Source of the DNA: an uncultured bacterium
GTDB taxonomy: Bacteria; Chloroflexota; UBA5177; JANWHV01
Length of the DNA stretch: 64,000 bases
Assembly: GCA_963827235.1 (NCBI GenBank)
Contig: CAWHAE010000009.1
Coordinates: 1,232,239-1,296,238 of the forward strand
Direction: 5' to 3'
The position numbers were made by a program, and so were the translations under genes. Each line of letters starts with the position of its first letter. Position 1 is the first letter of the stretch. The notes under the pieces were generated by a model. It did not search any database and was not told the DNA's origin. It saw only the letters and a list, made by a program, of their open reading frames with translations. Below, one piece after another: positions 19,434 through 28,155 of this stretch.

Positions 19434-19991
19434 CTAGCGCTTCTGGCCGGTCGCCGGGCTGGTCAGCGCGTTGTGTGCCCGGTTGAGGCGGGCCATCATC
19501 ATCTCGGCCTCGGCGCGCAGCTCGGGAGGCCCGTCCATGAAGCGGTCTGGATGCCAGACGCGCGAAAGAAGCCGGTAGCGACGCCGGATGTCGTCGCTGC
19601 TGGCTCCCGGGCGGAGGCCGAGGATCACCCACGGGCTATCCACGGCGGGCGCGGCGGTCTGCCCACGTTGGCGCGGAGCTCCCTGGAAGCCCGGCGGCGG
19701 TATCTGCTGGCGCGGGTCGGGGCGGTATCTTGGCGGCACGCTCTGCTGGTACGCGGGTGCCGCCGGCTGCCGCTTGCGCTGCTCACCAGCCACGGCCTGC
19801 GCCTCCCGTTTGAGGCGATCGAGTCGTGTCCGCTCCTTCACCACCTGATCGCGAAGCCAGAGCAGCTCGGAGCGCGCATCCTCGATCGACCGGTTGACCG
19901 CGTCGAGGTCGTCTTGTTGCTCCGGCGTGATATGAGGTGCGGCTGCGGAGCGCAGGGATTCTTGAGCGGCACGCCTGTTGCGACCAAACAC
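19434..19991 (-). CDS. J-domain protein (coiled coil + Pro/Gln linker + C-terminal J domain)
   Basis: PWVILGL..GASSDDIRRRYRLLSRVWHPDRF..MARLNRAH with intact HPD. Confidence 0.88.
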   Translation of the reverse strand: MFGRNRRAAQESLRSAAAPHITPEQQDDLDAVNRSIEDARSELLWLRDQVVKERTRLDRLKREAQAVAGEQRKRQPAAPAYQQSVPPRYRPDPRQQIPPPGFQGAPRQRGQTAAPAVDSPWVILGLRPGASSDDIRRRYRLLSRVWHPDRFMDGPPELRAEAEMMMARLNRAHNALTSPATGQKR

Positions 19992-20238
19992 GTTCGAAGC
20001 AATTCCTCGAATCGGTAATCATCAAGGAGCCATGGTCAGTGACACGGGCCTCCCGCACGTCTGCCGCCACCCATGGCCCGGATCACAGGCGTATCCCGCT
20101 GCTAACAGTATCGCACAGCTTACGTCTTCCCGGAGCCGGTCGCTTGCTTTCGGGTACCCTGGAGTCGCACGACCTTTGAGTCCATGCAGCCGTCCGAGCC
20201 AGGACGCGCACCGCTGCGACCCTGTGAAGGAGTAAACG

Positions 20239-20847
20239 TTGGGCTCGCTTGAGTGGATGGATGCCAAGCAGGACAAGCCGGAGGGTGCGCGCTTGGGCTG
20301 GACGGTGCTCGAGACCCGCTATCCGCTTCGCTCCCCGTGGCTTACCCTGCGCGAGGATCGCGTGCGGATCGCCGGCCACGGCGAGATCGTCTTCACCTAC
20401 AGCGAGGCGACGCCCGCCGTCTACGTGGTGCCGATCACCAGGGCAGGCGACATGCTCTTGATCCGGCAGTACCGCTATCCCGTGGATCGCTGGTCGCTCG
20501 AAGTGCCGGCCGGCGGCACGCACGACTTTCCGGGCGTGCCGCTGGACCAGGTGGCGCGAGCAGAGCTTGAGGAGGAGGTAGGAGCCGTGTGCGACGAGCT
20601 CGTGCCGGTAGCAGCGTTCCCTCTGCACGCCGCCAAGAGCGCGCAGCTTGGCCAGACGTTTCTCGCCACGGGCGTGGAGCTGAGCGCGACGCCCCGGCCG
20701 GCGGAAACAGAGTTGATCACGCTGCATGCGACTCCGGTCGCCGACGCCTATCACATGCTGCACGCCGGCGAGATCTTCGATTGCCAGAGCGCCATGGCAT
20801 TGCTGGTATGTGAGCCCCTTTTGCGGCAGCGCGGTCTGCTCGGCTAA
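20239..20847 (+). CDS. NUDIX hydrolase (ADP-ribose pyrophosphatase-like)
   Basis: AAGGAG RBS before TTG; LIRQYRYPV..SLEVPAGG..ARAELEEEVG. Confidence 0.9.
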   Translation: MGSLEWMDAKQDKPEGARLGWTVLETRYPLRSPWLTLREDRVRIAGHGEIVFTYSEATPAVYVVPITRAGDMLLIRQYRYPVDRWSLEVPAGGTHDFPGVPLDQVARAELEEEVGAVCDELVPVAAFPLHAAKSAQLGQTFLATGVELSATPRPAETELITLHATPVADAYHMLHAGEIFDCQSAMALLVCEPLLRQRGLLG

Positions 20848-21747
20848 ATGGAGATTGCTGTTACCGGCGCACGCGGGTACATCGGCAGGCATCTCGTGGC
20901 CCGGCTGGTGGCCGGGGGCGCGAGGCCCAGGTGCCTCGTGCGGCCGGGCGCTGACCTGGCGGTGCTTCCGACCGCGCAGATCGAGGTGGTGCGAGGAGAC
21001 GTAACCGACGCGCGGTCGCTACCGGCGCTGGTAGAAGGCGTGGACTACGTGATCCACTGCGCGTCGATCGTGGCGAACGTCAAGCAGACCCGGCGCGACG
21101 CGTATCGATTGACGAATGTGGAAGGTACCGCCAGCCTCGTGGCGGCTGCCCAGGTGGCGGGCGTGCGCCGCTTCATCCACCTGGGAGGCATGAACACGGT
21201 ACCCGGCGCGCCCGGTTCGTATATGCGCACGCGGTACGAGGCCGAGCAGCGGGTCGAGAGCGGCGGCGTGCCGTACGCTATCCTGCAACCGTCCATCCTG
21301 TTCGGCGACGGATCGCCGTTTTTCAGCGCTCTGGCCGGCCTGGTGCGGATAGCGCCGATCGTTCCCGTGCCGGGCAACGGCAGGATGCGCTTGCAGCCGA
21401 TCTGGGTCGGAGATGTGGTCACGTGCCTGGAAGGACTGCTGGTCGACGACCACGCCGACGAGACAGTGCCGGTGGGCGGCCCTGCCGCCTACTCCTACGA
21501 TCGGCTCCTCGACACGATCATCACAGCAGCGGGGAAACGGCGCCTGAAGATGCACACGCCGCTACCGCTCATGCGTGCCGGCGCGCTGGTCATGCAGACC
21601 GTTCTGCCCAGGCCTCCAGTGACCACGGCGACGCTCGAGCTGTTCGCCGGGGGTGCCGACAACGTGACGCGGCTCGACGCCGTGGTCGATCGCTTTGGCT
21701 TCGAGCCCCGGTCGCTCGAGGAGCACGCGCGGGTGAACGACCTCTGA
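20848..21747 (+). CDS. Atypical SDR / NDUFA9-like NAD(P)-binding protein
   Basis: VTGARGYIG, NVEGT, AGVRRFIH, PSILFG, LQPIWVGDV. Confidence 0.88.
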   Translation: MEIAVTGARGYIGRHLVARLVAGGARPRCLVRPGADLAVLPTAQIEVVRGDVTDARSLPALVEGVDYVIHCASIVANVKQTRRDAYRLTNVEGTASLVAAAQVAGVRRFIHLGGMNTVPGAPGSYMRTRYEAEQRVESGGVPYAILQPSILFGDGSPFFSALAGLVRIAPIVPVPGNGRMRLQPIWVGDVVTCLEGLLVDDHADETVPVGGPAAYSYDRLLDTIITAAGKRRLKMHTPLPLMRAGALVMQTVLPRPPVTTATLELFAGGADNVTRLDAVVDRFGFEPRSLEEHARVNDL

Positions 21748-21964
21748 GGGCTCCTGTAGTAGCACCTACCGCGCCGCCCGATGGAGCAGGTGCTCGGCAC
21801 TGTCGAGCAGTAGGTGCAGCGGCTGCACTGCGCGACCGTGCGAAGGGCATGCACCCAAGTCGAAGGCGCGTGAGGCGGGTCCTGGCAGGCGGGTACAAGA
21901 TCTGTGCGGGAGCCGGCAGCGGCTATATTGACAGAATGGACTATGTCCCTCGCCCAGACGCGCC

Positions 21965-21994
21965 CGCATTCGCAGCACCAGGGTTGCGAATGCG
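21965..21994. promoter_or_regulatory. Inverted repeat upstream of the glycyl-radical operon
   Basis: CGCATTCGCA-N10-TGCGAATGCG perfect 10-bp arms; TTGACA at 21928-21933. Confidence 0.4.
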
Positions 21995-22031
21995 TGAGAG
22001 CCGAGGCAGTGGGCGAAGCGAGTGAGGTAGA

Positions 22032-23060
22032 GTGTTGCTGATGCCGCTACGAATCGGAGTAATCGGGACAGGGCTGGCGTTTCGAGAGCTCCACCTTCCC
22101 TGCGTGGCGGAGCTCAGGGAAAAGCTGCGTATCGCGGCAGTGGCGAATAGCACGCCTGCTTCGGCAGCGGCAGGGGCAGGGGCCGTCGCGGAGGCCACCG
22201 GCGTGCTTCCCGACGCGTGCGAGAGCGTCGAGCAGCTTCTGGACCGGCCCGACATCGGCGTTGTCCTGATAGCGGTGCCGATTCACCTCACTGCTGGCTA
22301 CGTGCGGCAGGCATTGCTGCATGGAAAGGCGGTCTTTACCGAGAAACCGCTCGCGGATGACCTGGCCGACGCACACAGCCTGATTGAGCTGGCGCGGCGG
22401 ATGGGCCTGCTGCTCTTCGTGGCGGAGAACTTCCGCTACCAGCGCCAATATCGACAGCTTGGCGTGCTGGCGCGCTCGGGCCTGATCGGGCAACCAGTCC
22501 TGTTTCGCTTGAACGACCTGCACTTCACCTCGCCGCAATCGAAGTACGCCGGCACTGCGTGGCGGCAGCAAGGCGCACACGCGGGCGGTTATCTGCTCGA
22601 CGGCGGACCCCACACCATGGCCGGTGTGCGCTCGGTGGTGACCAGCCGGGTCACCGCGGTACACGGGATGACGGCGTCGTTCCACCCGGAGTTTCTGGCT
22701 CAGCAGCACGACACGCTGCTGTTGCACCTGACCTTCGAAGACGGCATGATCGGCGACGTGGGCTTGGGCTACGGCGCCGCGGATCCTGAAGGGCGCCGGC
22801 CGAAGATCTACGGACCCCAGGGCACGCTGATGATGTTGCGAGATCGCATCGAGCTCTGGACGCCTGGCTCGGCGGAGCCGGCGCAGCAATTCCCGCTGGA
22901 CCTCAACGGCCCCGGCTTCAGAGAGGAGTGGCTTGATTTCTGCGGCGCGGCCGTCGAGCACAAACCCCTGGCCGGCACGCCGGAGGACGCCGTTGCGGAT
23001 CTGGAGATCATACTGGCCGGCATAGAATCGGCCCGCACGGGTGAGGTGGTGCATCTCTAG
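22032..23060 (+). CDS. Gfo/Idh/MocA family sugar oxidoreductase
   Basis: RIGVIGTG, AVPIHL, VFTEKPLA, VAENFRY, WR..GGYLLDGGPH. Confidence 0.93.
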   Translation: MLLMPLRIGVIGTGLAFRELHLPCVAELREKLRIAAVANSTPASAAAGAGAVAEATGVLPDACESVEQLLDRPDIGVVLIAVPIHLTAGYVRQALLHGKAVFTEKPLADDLADAHSLIELARRMGLLLFVAENFRYQRQYRQLGVLARSGLIGQPVLFRLNDLHFTSPQSKYAGTAWRQQGAHAGGYLLDGGPHTMAGVRSVVTSRVTAVHGMTASFHPEFLAQQHDTLLLHLTFEDGMIGDVGLGYGAADPEGRRPKIYGPQGTLMMLRDRIELWTPGSAEPAQQFPLDLNGPGFREEWLDFCGAAVEHKPLAGTPEDAVADLEIILAGIESARTGEVVHL

Positions 23061-23072
23061 GAGGGCAGGAGG

Positions 23073-24968
23073 CTGGATACCTGGGTCATAGGGGTCGATC
23101 TCGGCGGCACGAAGACTGAAGTCGCGCTCGTGGATCCACGGAACAGGATCGCGGGCCGCCTGCGCATGGCCACGAACCCTTCGGAGGGTGCCCACAGCAT
23201 CGTCGAGCGGATTGCCCGGTGCGTCGAGGGCCTGACCGGCCTCTTGCCCATGGACGAGCATATCGCCGCGCTCGGCATCTGCTGTCCCGGTCCCGTGGAT
23301 CAGGAGAGCGGCAACCTGTGTGATCCGCCCAACCTGGCCGGCCTGCACTATGCGCCGCTCCGTCAGCTGCTCGCGACACGCCTGCAGCTGCCCGTTAGCC
23401 TCGAGCACGACGCGAGAGCGGCAGCGCTGGGCGAATTCTACTACGGTTCCGGACGCGGCGAGCTGAGCATGGTCTATGTCGTGGTCGGTACCGGCGTGGG
23501 CGCGGCAATCATCGTCGACGGCAAGCTGTTCCGCGGGCCTTACAACTCCGCTGGTGAGATCGGCCACGTGGCGCTGGATCGGGACGGCGACATCTGCTCA
23601 TGCGGCAACCGGGGCTGCGTGGAGACGTTTCTCAGCGGCCCCTGGCTGGCTCGCCGATTCGCGCGCGCGGCGAACGGCCACGTCACCGATCCCGGCGCGG
23701 CGGCGATCACCGGCGAGGCCGTGGTGGAGCTCGCCGGACGGGGAGACGCCTTGGCACGGCGCGTCATGGACGAGGCCGGCGCGGCACTGGGCACCGCCGT
23801 GGCAACCATGTCGATGGTGCTCAGCGTCGATCTCTATGTGATTGGCGGCAGCGTGGCGAAGGCGGGCGATCTGCTTCTCGAGCCGGCGCGGCGCGAAGTC
23901 TCCCGGCACTGCTTCCGATCCGTAAGCTGCGAGATTGGCATCGTGCCGGCTGAGCTCGGCGACGACGGCCCCATTCTTGGCTGCGCGTGGCTGGCGCGTC
24001 AGCTACGGCATGGGCACGGCGCTCACGGCGGCGGTAGCATGCCGAGACGGCTGACGCACTCCGAACAGACCCGGCTCGAACAGGTTGAAGGGATGGTATT
24101 CGACATCCAGCGTTTCTCGCTGCACGACGGTGCGGGACTGCGCACCAACGTGTTCTTCAAAGGCTGCGCGATGCGCTGTCCGTGGTGCGCCAACCCCGAA
24201 TCGCAGCATCGCGAGCCGGAGCTGTGGTATTCGGCGCAGCGGTGTATCGACTGCGGCCAATTCTCGCCTGCCTGCCGAGACTGCAAAGGACGGAACGGAG
24301 CAGCGGTGGGGCTCACCGGAATGCCTGACCGGGTGGCGAGGTGCCCGACCGGCGCGCTCCGGGTGGTCGGGGAGCGCCGGACCGCGGCGGATATCCTGGC
24401 CGAGGTGCTGCGCGACGTGCCTTTCTACGAAGGCGGTGGCGGCATGACGTTGACCGGAGGCGAGCCGGCATTCCAGCCGCGGCTGGCAGAGGCGCTGCTC
24501 CGCCTTGCCAGGCATCATCAGATCGCGACGGCGGTCGAGACGAGCGGGCACACGCGCTGGCGCGTGGTGGAGCGCCTGCTGCCGTACGTGGACGAAGTAC
24601 TGTTCGACCTGAAGCACGTGGATGGCGCGATACATCGGGCAGCCACCGGTGTCGATACCGAGCTGATACTTGCCAATCTGCACCGGTTGGCGACTCTGCA
24701 CGCGCCACTGACCGTGCGAGTGCCGCTGATTCCCGGCTTCAACACCGACGAAACGAGCCTGAGCGCAATCGCGGACTGCGTGCGAGCCCTGGATGGACCG
24801 CCGAGACCCGTGCACCTGCTACCCTACCACACGCTGGGTCGGGCGAAATACGGTGCCCTCAATCGGCAGTATCCATGGGAAGGGCACGATCGCCTGACGG
24901 ATACGCAAATCGCCGCATGCCGGGCGGTATTCGACTCGTGCGGCCTCTCCGTGAGCGTCGGCGGCTGA
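23073..24968 (+). CDS. Fusion: ROK-family sugar kinase + glycyl-radical enzyme activating protein (radical SAM)
   Basis: Conserved WVIGVDLGGTK lies upstream of the ORF-track start, implying a CTG start at 23073 (AGGAGG 8 nt upstream). ROK motifs HDARAAALGE, GTGVG, GEIGH, CSCGNRGCVE; then without a stop FDIQRFSLHDGAGLRT..KGCAMRCPWCANPES (CxxxCxxC), TLTGGEP, FDLKH, RVPLIPG, LLPYH. Confidence 0.9.
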   Translation: MDTWVIGVDLGGTKTEVALVDPRNRIAGRLRMATNPSEGAHSIVERIARCVEGLTGLLPMDEHIAALGICCPGPVDQESGNLCDPPNLAGLHYAPLRQLLATRLQLPVSLEHDARAAALGEFYYGSGRGELSMVYVVVGTGVGAAIIVDGKLFRGPYNSAGEIGHVALDRDGDICSCGNRGCVETFLSGPWLARRFARAANGHVTDPGAAAITGEAVVELAGRGDALARRVMDEAGAALGTAVATMSMVLSVDLYVIGGSVAKAGDLLLEPARREVSRHCFRSVSCEIGIVPAELGDDGPILGCAWLARQLRHGHGAHGGGSMPRRLTHSEQTRLEQVEGMVFDIQRFSLHDGAGLRTNVFFKGCAMRCPWCANPESQHREPELWYSAQRCIDCGQFSPACRDCKGRNGAAVGLTGMPDRVARCPTGALRVVGERRTAADILAEVLRDVPFYEGGGGMTLTGGEPAFQPRLAEALLRLARHHQIATAVETSGHTRWRVVERLLPYVDEVLFDLKHVDGAIHRAATGVDTELILANLHRLATLHAPLTVRVPLIPGFNTDETSLSAIADCVRALDGPPRPVHLLPYHTLGRAKYGALNRQYPWEGHDRLTDTQIAACRAVFDSCGLSVSVGG

Positions 24969-24983
24969 GATGGGAGGTGCAGT

Positions 24984-27431
24984 GTGTCCGTGCTTGTAGG
25001 CGAGCTGGGCATTCCGTATTTGCGCCAACACCCGGAGGCCGCCTTTCCCGACGATTCGCAGCTGGCCGGCGTGGCGTCCGAGCGCTGCGCCCGCCTGAAG
25101 ACGCGGCTCTTCGCGGGCGAGCGCGAGATCGACTGTGAGCGCGCGCGCCACACCACCGAAGCCTACCGTGCCACCGAAGGTGAAGCCATGCCCATCCGCC
25201 GCGCCAAGATGCTGCTGCATCTCGTCCAGCGGTTGAGCATCGCCATACATCCCGACGAGCTGATCGTGGGCAATCGTTCGCTCAAGCCGCGCATGGGCGT
25301 GATCGCGCCGGAGGGCGCGGTCGACTGGGTCGACCGGGAGCTCGACATCCTGCCGGCGCGACCCCAAGATCGCTTTGCCGTTCGGCCCGAGCAGGTGCGC
25401 GAGCTGCGCGAGCAGATCTTCCCGTATTGGCGCGGCCGGACGCTGGAAGACATGGTGGCTGGGCGTGTGCCGGATGACGTCCGGGCGGCGGTAGAGGCCA
25501 AGGCCTTCAGTCTGAACCAGACGGACCACGCGCAGGGGCATATCCTGCCCGACGTTGCCGGCTGGCTGCGTCTCGGCGTGGGTGGCCTGCGCGCGCGGGT
25601 ACAGGCGTGCCGGCAGCAACAGGGGGCGCGGCCGGCGGAGCAACAGACCTTCTACGAGGCCGCGGACATCGCCCTGGACGCGGCTGCCGTGTTGATGCGG
25701 CGCTACGGGGAGCTTGCCCGGCAGGAAGCACGGTCGAGCACCTCACCGGCCCGCGAGCAGGAGTTGTCGCGGATCGCCGAGCACTGCGAGCGGCTCAGCG
25801 AGCACCCGGCGCGGAGCTTCCGGGAGGCGCTGCAGGCCGTCTGGTTCCTCTTCGTGCTGCTGCAGATCGAGTCCAACGCCAGCAGCTTCTCACCAGGCCG
25901 CTTCGATCAGTACATGCTGCCGTACCTGGAGGCAGACCTGCAGGCAGGCACGCTGTCGCTGGCCGAGGCGCAGGAGCTGCTGGAGTGCCTCTGGCTCAAG
26001 TTCAACGAAATCGTCTTGCTCCGCAGCAGCGCCAGCGCCCGGTACTTCGCCGGCTTCCCGATCGGGTTCAACGTTATCCTGGGCGGCCAGCTGCCCGGAG
26101 GGGTCGACGCCACGAACTTTCTCAGCTACATGTGCCTGCGGGCGCAGTCCGACCTCGGTTTAACCCAGCCCAACCTATCCGTTCGTGTGTACGATAAGAG
26201 CCCACAGGCGTTCCTGCTCGCGGCGGCCCGCGTGATCGGCAAGGGGAGCGGCATGCCGCAGGTCTTCAACGACGACGTGATCGTTCCCGGGCAGATCAAT
26301 CGCGGCATCGCACCCGACGATGCCGTGAACTACGCGGTCGTGGGCTGCGTGGAGCTCTCGACACCCGGCAAGGCGCTCGGCTGGAGCGATGCCTCCATGT
26401 TCAATCTGACCCGCGTGCTGGAACTGACGCTGTTCGGCGGCAAGGATCCGCGGAGCGGGATCCAGGCCGGCCTGCCCACGCCGCCCCTCGACGAAATGGG
26501 CTCGATGGACGACGTGGAGGAGGCATACGACCGCCAGCTCGTCCGCTTCGTGGACCTGATGGTAGAGGGCTGCAACGTCGTGGACCGGCTGCACGCGGAG
26601 ATACTACCGTCGCCGTTCCTGTCCCTGCTGATCGAGGACTGCATCGGGCGTGGCCTGGACGTGACGGCCGGCGGGGCTACCTACAACTTCAGCGGGGTGC
26701 AGGGAGTGCAGATTGCCAATGTGGCCGACAGTCTCGCCGCCGTTCGAGCAGCGGTGTTCGAGCAGAAGTGGCTGACGGGCTCCGAGCTGCTCACCACGCT
26801 GCGGCGCAACTTCCAGGATGACGAGGTGCTGCGCCAGCGCCTGATCAACCGCGTGCCGAAGTACGGGAACGACGACGATCGAGTGGACCGGTTGGCGCGG
26901 AAGTGGGCGCGGCGCTACTGTGGCCTGGTCGAGCAGCACCCGAACGTGCGCGGGGGCATGTATCAGCCGGGCTTCTACACCGTCTCCGCGCACGTGCCCA
27001 TGGGCGCCAACGTGGGCGCAATGCCGGACGGCCGCCGGTCCGGCGAGCCGCTGGCCGACGGCGGCATCTCGCCCATGACCGGCCGCGATGAGAAGGGGCC
27101 TACGGCCGTGCTGCGGTCGGTCGGCAGCATGGACCTGGCGCTGGCCTCCAACGGCACGCTGCTGAACATGAAGTTCTCGCCGCAGTTCTTCGATGGAGAG
27201 CACGCCACGGCGCAATTCGCGGCGCTGCTGCGTGGCTTCTGCCGCCTGCGCATTCCGCACGTGCAATTCAACGTCGTCTCGGCCACCACACTGCGTGCAG
27301 CCCAGGCGAGCCCTGCCGAGTATCGATCGCTGGTCGTGCGGGTGGCCGGGTACAGCGCGTACTTCACCGAGCTGGACAGGGACCTGCAAGACGAGATCAT
27401 CCGCCGGACCGAATTCGGCCGGCAGATGTGA
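24984..27431 (+). CDS. pflD: Glycyl radical enzyme, PflD-like (not pyruvate formate-lyase)
   Basis: GGAGG RBS; single-Cys loop VVGCVEL (about 26343-26354); Gly loop VVRVAGYSAYF (about 27339-27356); blocks RPQDRF, NQTD.AQGH, ESNASS, RS..SARYFAGFP, YNFSGVQG, YTVSAHVP match E. coli PflD as I recall it. Confidence 0.9.
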   Translation: MSVLVGELGIPYLRQHPEAAFPDDSQLAGVASERCARLKTRLFAGEREIDCERARHTTEAYRATEGEAMPIRRAKMLLHLVQRLSIAIHPDELIVGNRSLKPRMGVIAPEGAVDWVDRELDILPARPQDRFAVRPEQVRELREQIFPYWRGRTLEDMVAGRVPDDVRAAVEAKAFSLNQTDHAQGHILPDVAGWLRLGVGGLRARVQACRQQQGARPAEQQTFYEAADIALDAAAVLMRRYGELARQEARSSTSPAREQELSRIAEHCERLSEHPARSFREALQAVWFLFVLLQIESNASSFSPGRFDQYMLPYLEADLQAGTLSLAEAQELLECLWLKFNEIVLLRSSASARYFAGFPIGFNVILGGQLPGGVDATNFLSYMCLRAQSDLGLTQPNLSVRVYDKSPQAFLLAAARVIGKGSGMPQVFNDDVIVPGQINRGIAPDDAVNYAVVGCVELSTPGKALGWSDASMFNLTRVLELTLFGGKDPRSGIQAGLPTPPLDEMGSMDDVEEAYDRQLVRFVDLMVEGCNVVDRLHAEILPSPFLSLLIEDCIGRGLDVTAGGATYNFSGVQGVQIANVADSLAAVRAAVFEQKWLTGSELLTTLRRNFQDDEVLRQRLINRVPKYGNDDDRVDRLARKWARRYCGLVEQHPNVRGGMYQPGFYTVSAHVPMGANVGAMPDGRRSGEPLADGGISPMTGRDEKGPTAVLRSVGSMDLALASNGTLLNMKFSPQFFDGEHATAQFAALLRGFCRLRIPHVQFNVVSATTLRAAQASPAEYRSLVVRVAGYSAYFTELDRDLQDEIIRRTEFGRQM

Positions 27432-27464
27432 GCATATCTACCTGACGGCGGCCGCCGGATGCAG

Positions 27465-28136
27465 TCACCCGCCCTGGTGCGCGAGATTTGCCACCGCCGA
27501 GTTGAACTCGCTCACGCTGCTCGGATGCAGCGTCTGGGAGAACGTGCCGCCGAGAAAGCCGGTGAAGATCGACCATGGGAGGCCGCTCACGGTGAGCGTG
27601 CCATTGTCGTTGCGAATGCCGGTGAACGACATCGAGCTCGAGCTGCCGGTCCCCGTGAAACCGTAGCTACCGCTGTTGTCGAGGCCGCTGAACTGGAACG
27701 ACTTCGCGCTGTGGGCTTGGTAGTTATCGGCGGTGAGGATACGCCCTTGCTTGATGAAGCCGTTCGTCTCCGTCCAGTCCATGTACAGCACGTAGCTGTA
27801 CTTGTCGATCAGGAATGAGGCGAGGTAGCTGCGGGCGCCGTTGTCGGAAGACGACGGCGTAGGCTGCGCGGTGGCCGCCCTCTGTAGCTGCTCGATGATC
27901 TGCTGTTGCCGAGCCTCCACGGTCTGGGCCGCCACGACGAGCTGCCCCTCGCGCGCCACCTGGGTGGTCAAGGCGGCAACGCTGCCATCCGTCGCGTTTG
28001 CCTGGTGACCGCCGTTCGATCGCATCGACTGCACGAGCGCGAAAGCAAGTCCGATGGTCACGACGGTAAGCACGATGCAGAGTGTTCCCAGCGAAAATGC
28101 CGGGCTTCGTCGCTTGGATGTATTGACTCTTGACAT
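27465..28136 (-). CDS. Hypothetical single-TM membrane-anchored protein (coiled coil + beta-rich C-terminal domain)
   Basis: Likely ATG 28136; TM helix LCIVLTVVTIGLAFALV; Gln-rich helix; Ser/Gly/Thr-rich C-terminal domain. Confidence 0.65.
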   Translation of the reverse strand: MSRVNTSKRRSPAFSLGTLCIVLTVVTIGLAFALVQSMRSNGGHQANATDGSVAALTTQVAREGQLVVAAQTVEARQQQIIEQLQRAATAQPTPSSSDNGARSYLASFLIDKYSYVLYMDWTETNGFIKQGRILTADNYQAHSAKSFQFSGLDNSGSYGFTGTGSSSSMSFTGIRNDNGTLTVSGLPWSIFTGFLGGTFSQTLHPSSVSEFNSAVANLAHQGG

Positions 28137-28155
28137 GGGCACTCCCTGGCCGGGC

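Noticed and set aside
23058-23060. Pyrrolysine recoding of the in-frame TAG
   Set aside because: No pyl genes in the window; the reductase ends at a normal family C-terminus, and an SD + CTG explains the downstream gene
24984-27431. Pyruvate formate-lyase (pflB) call
   Set aside because: It has a single-Cys GCVE loop rather than the adjacent Cys-Cys pair, and the motifs match the PflD class
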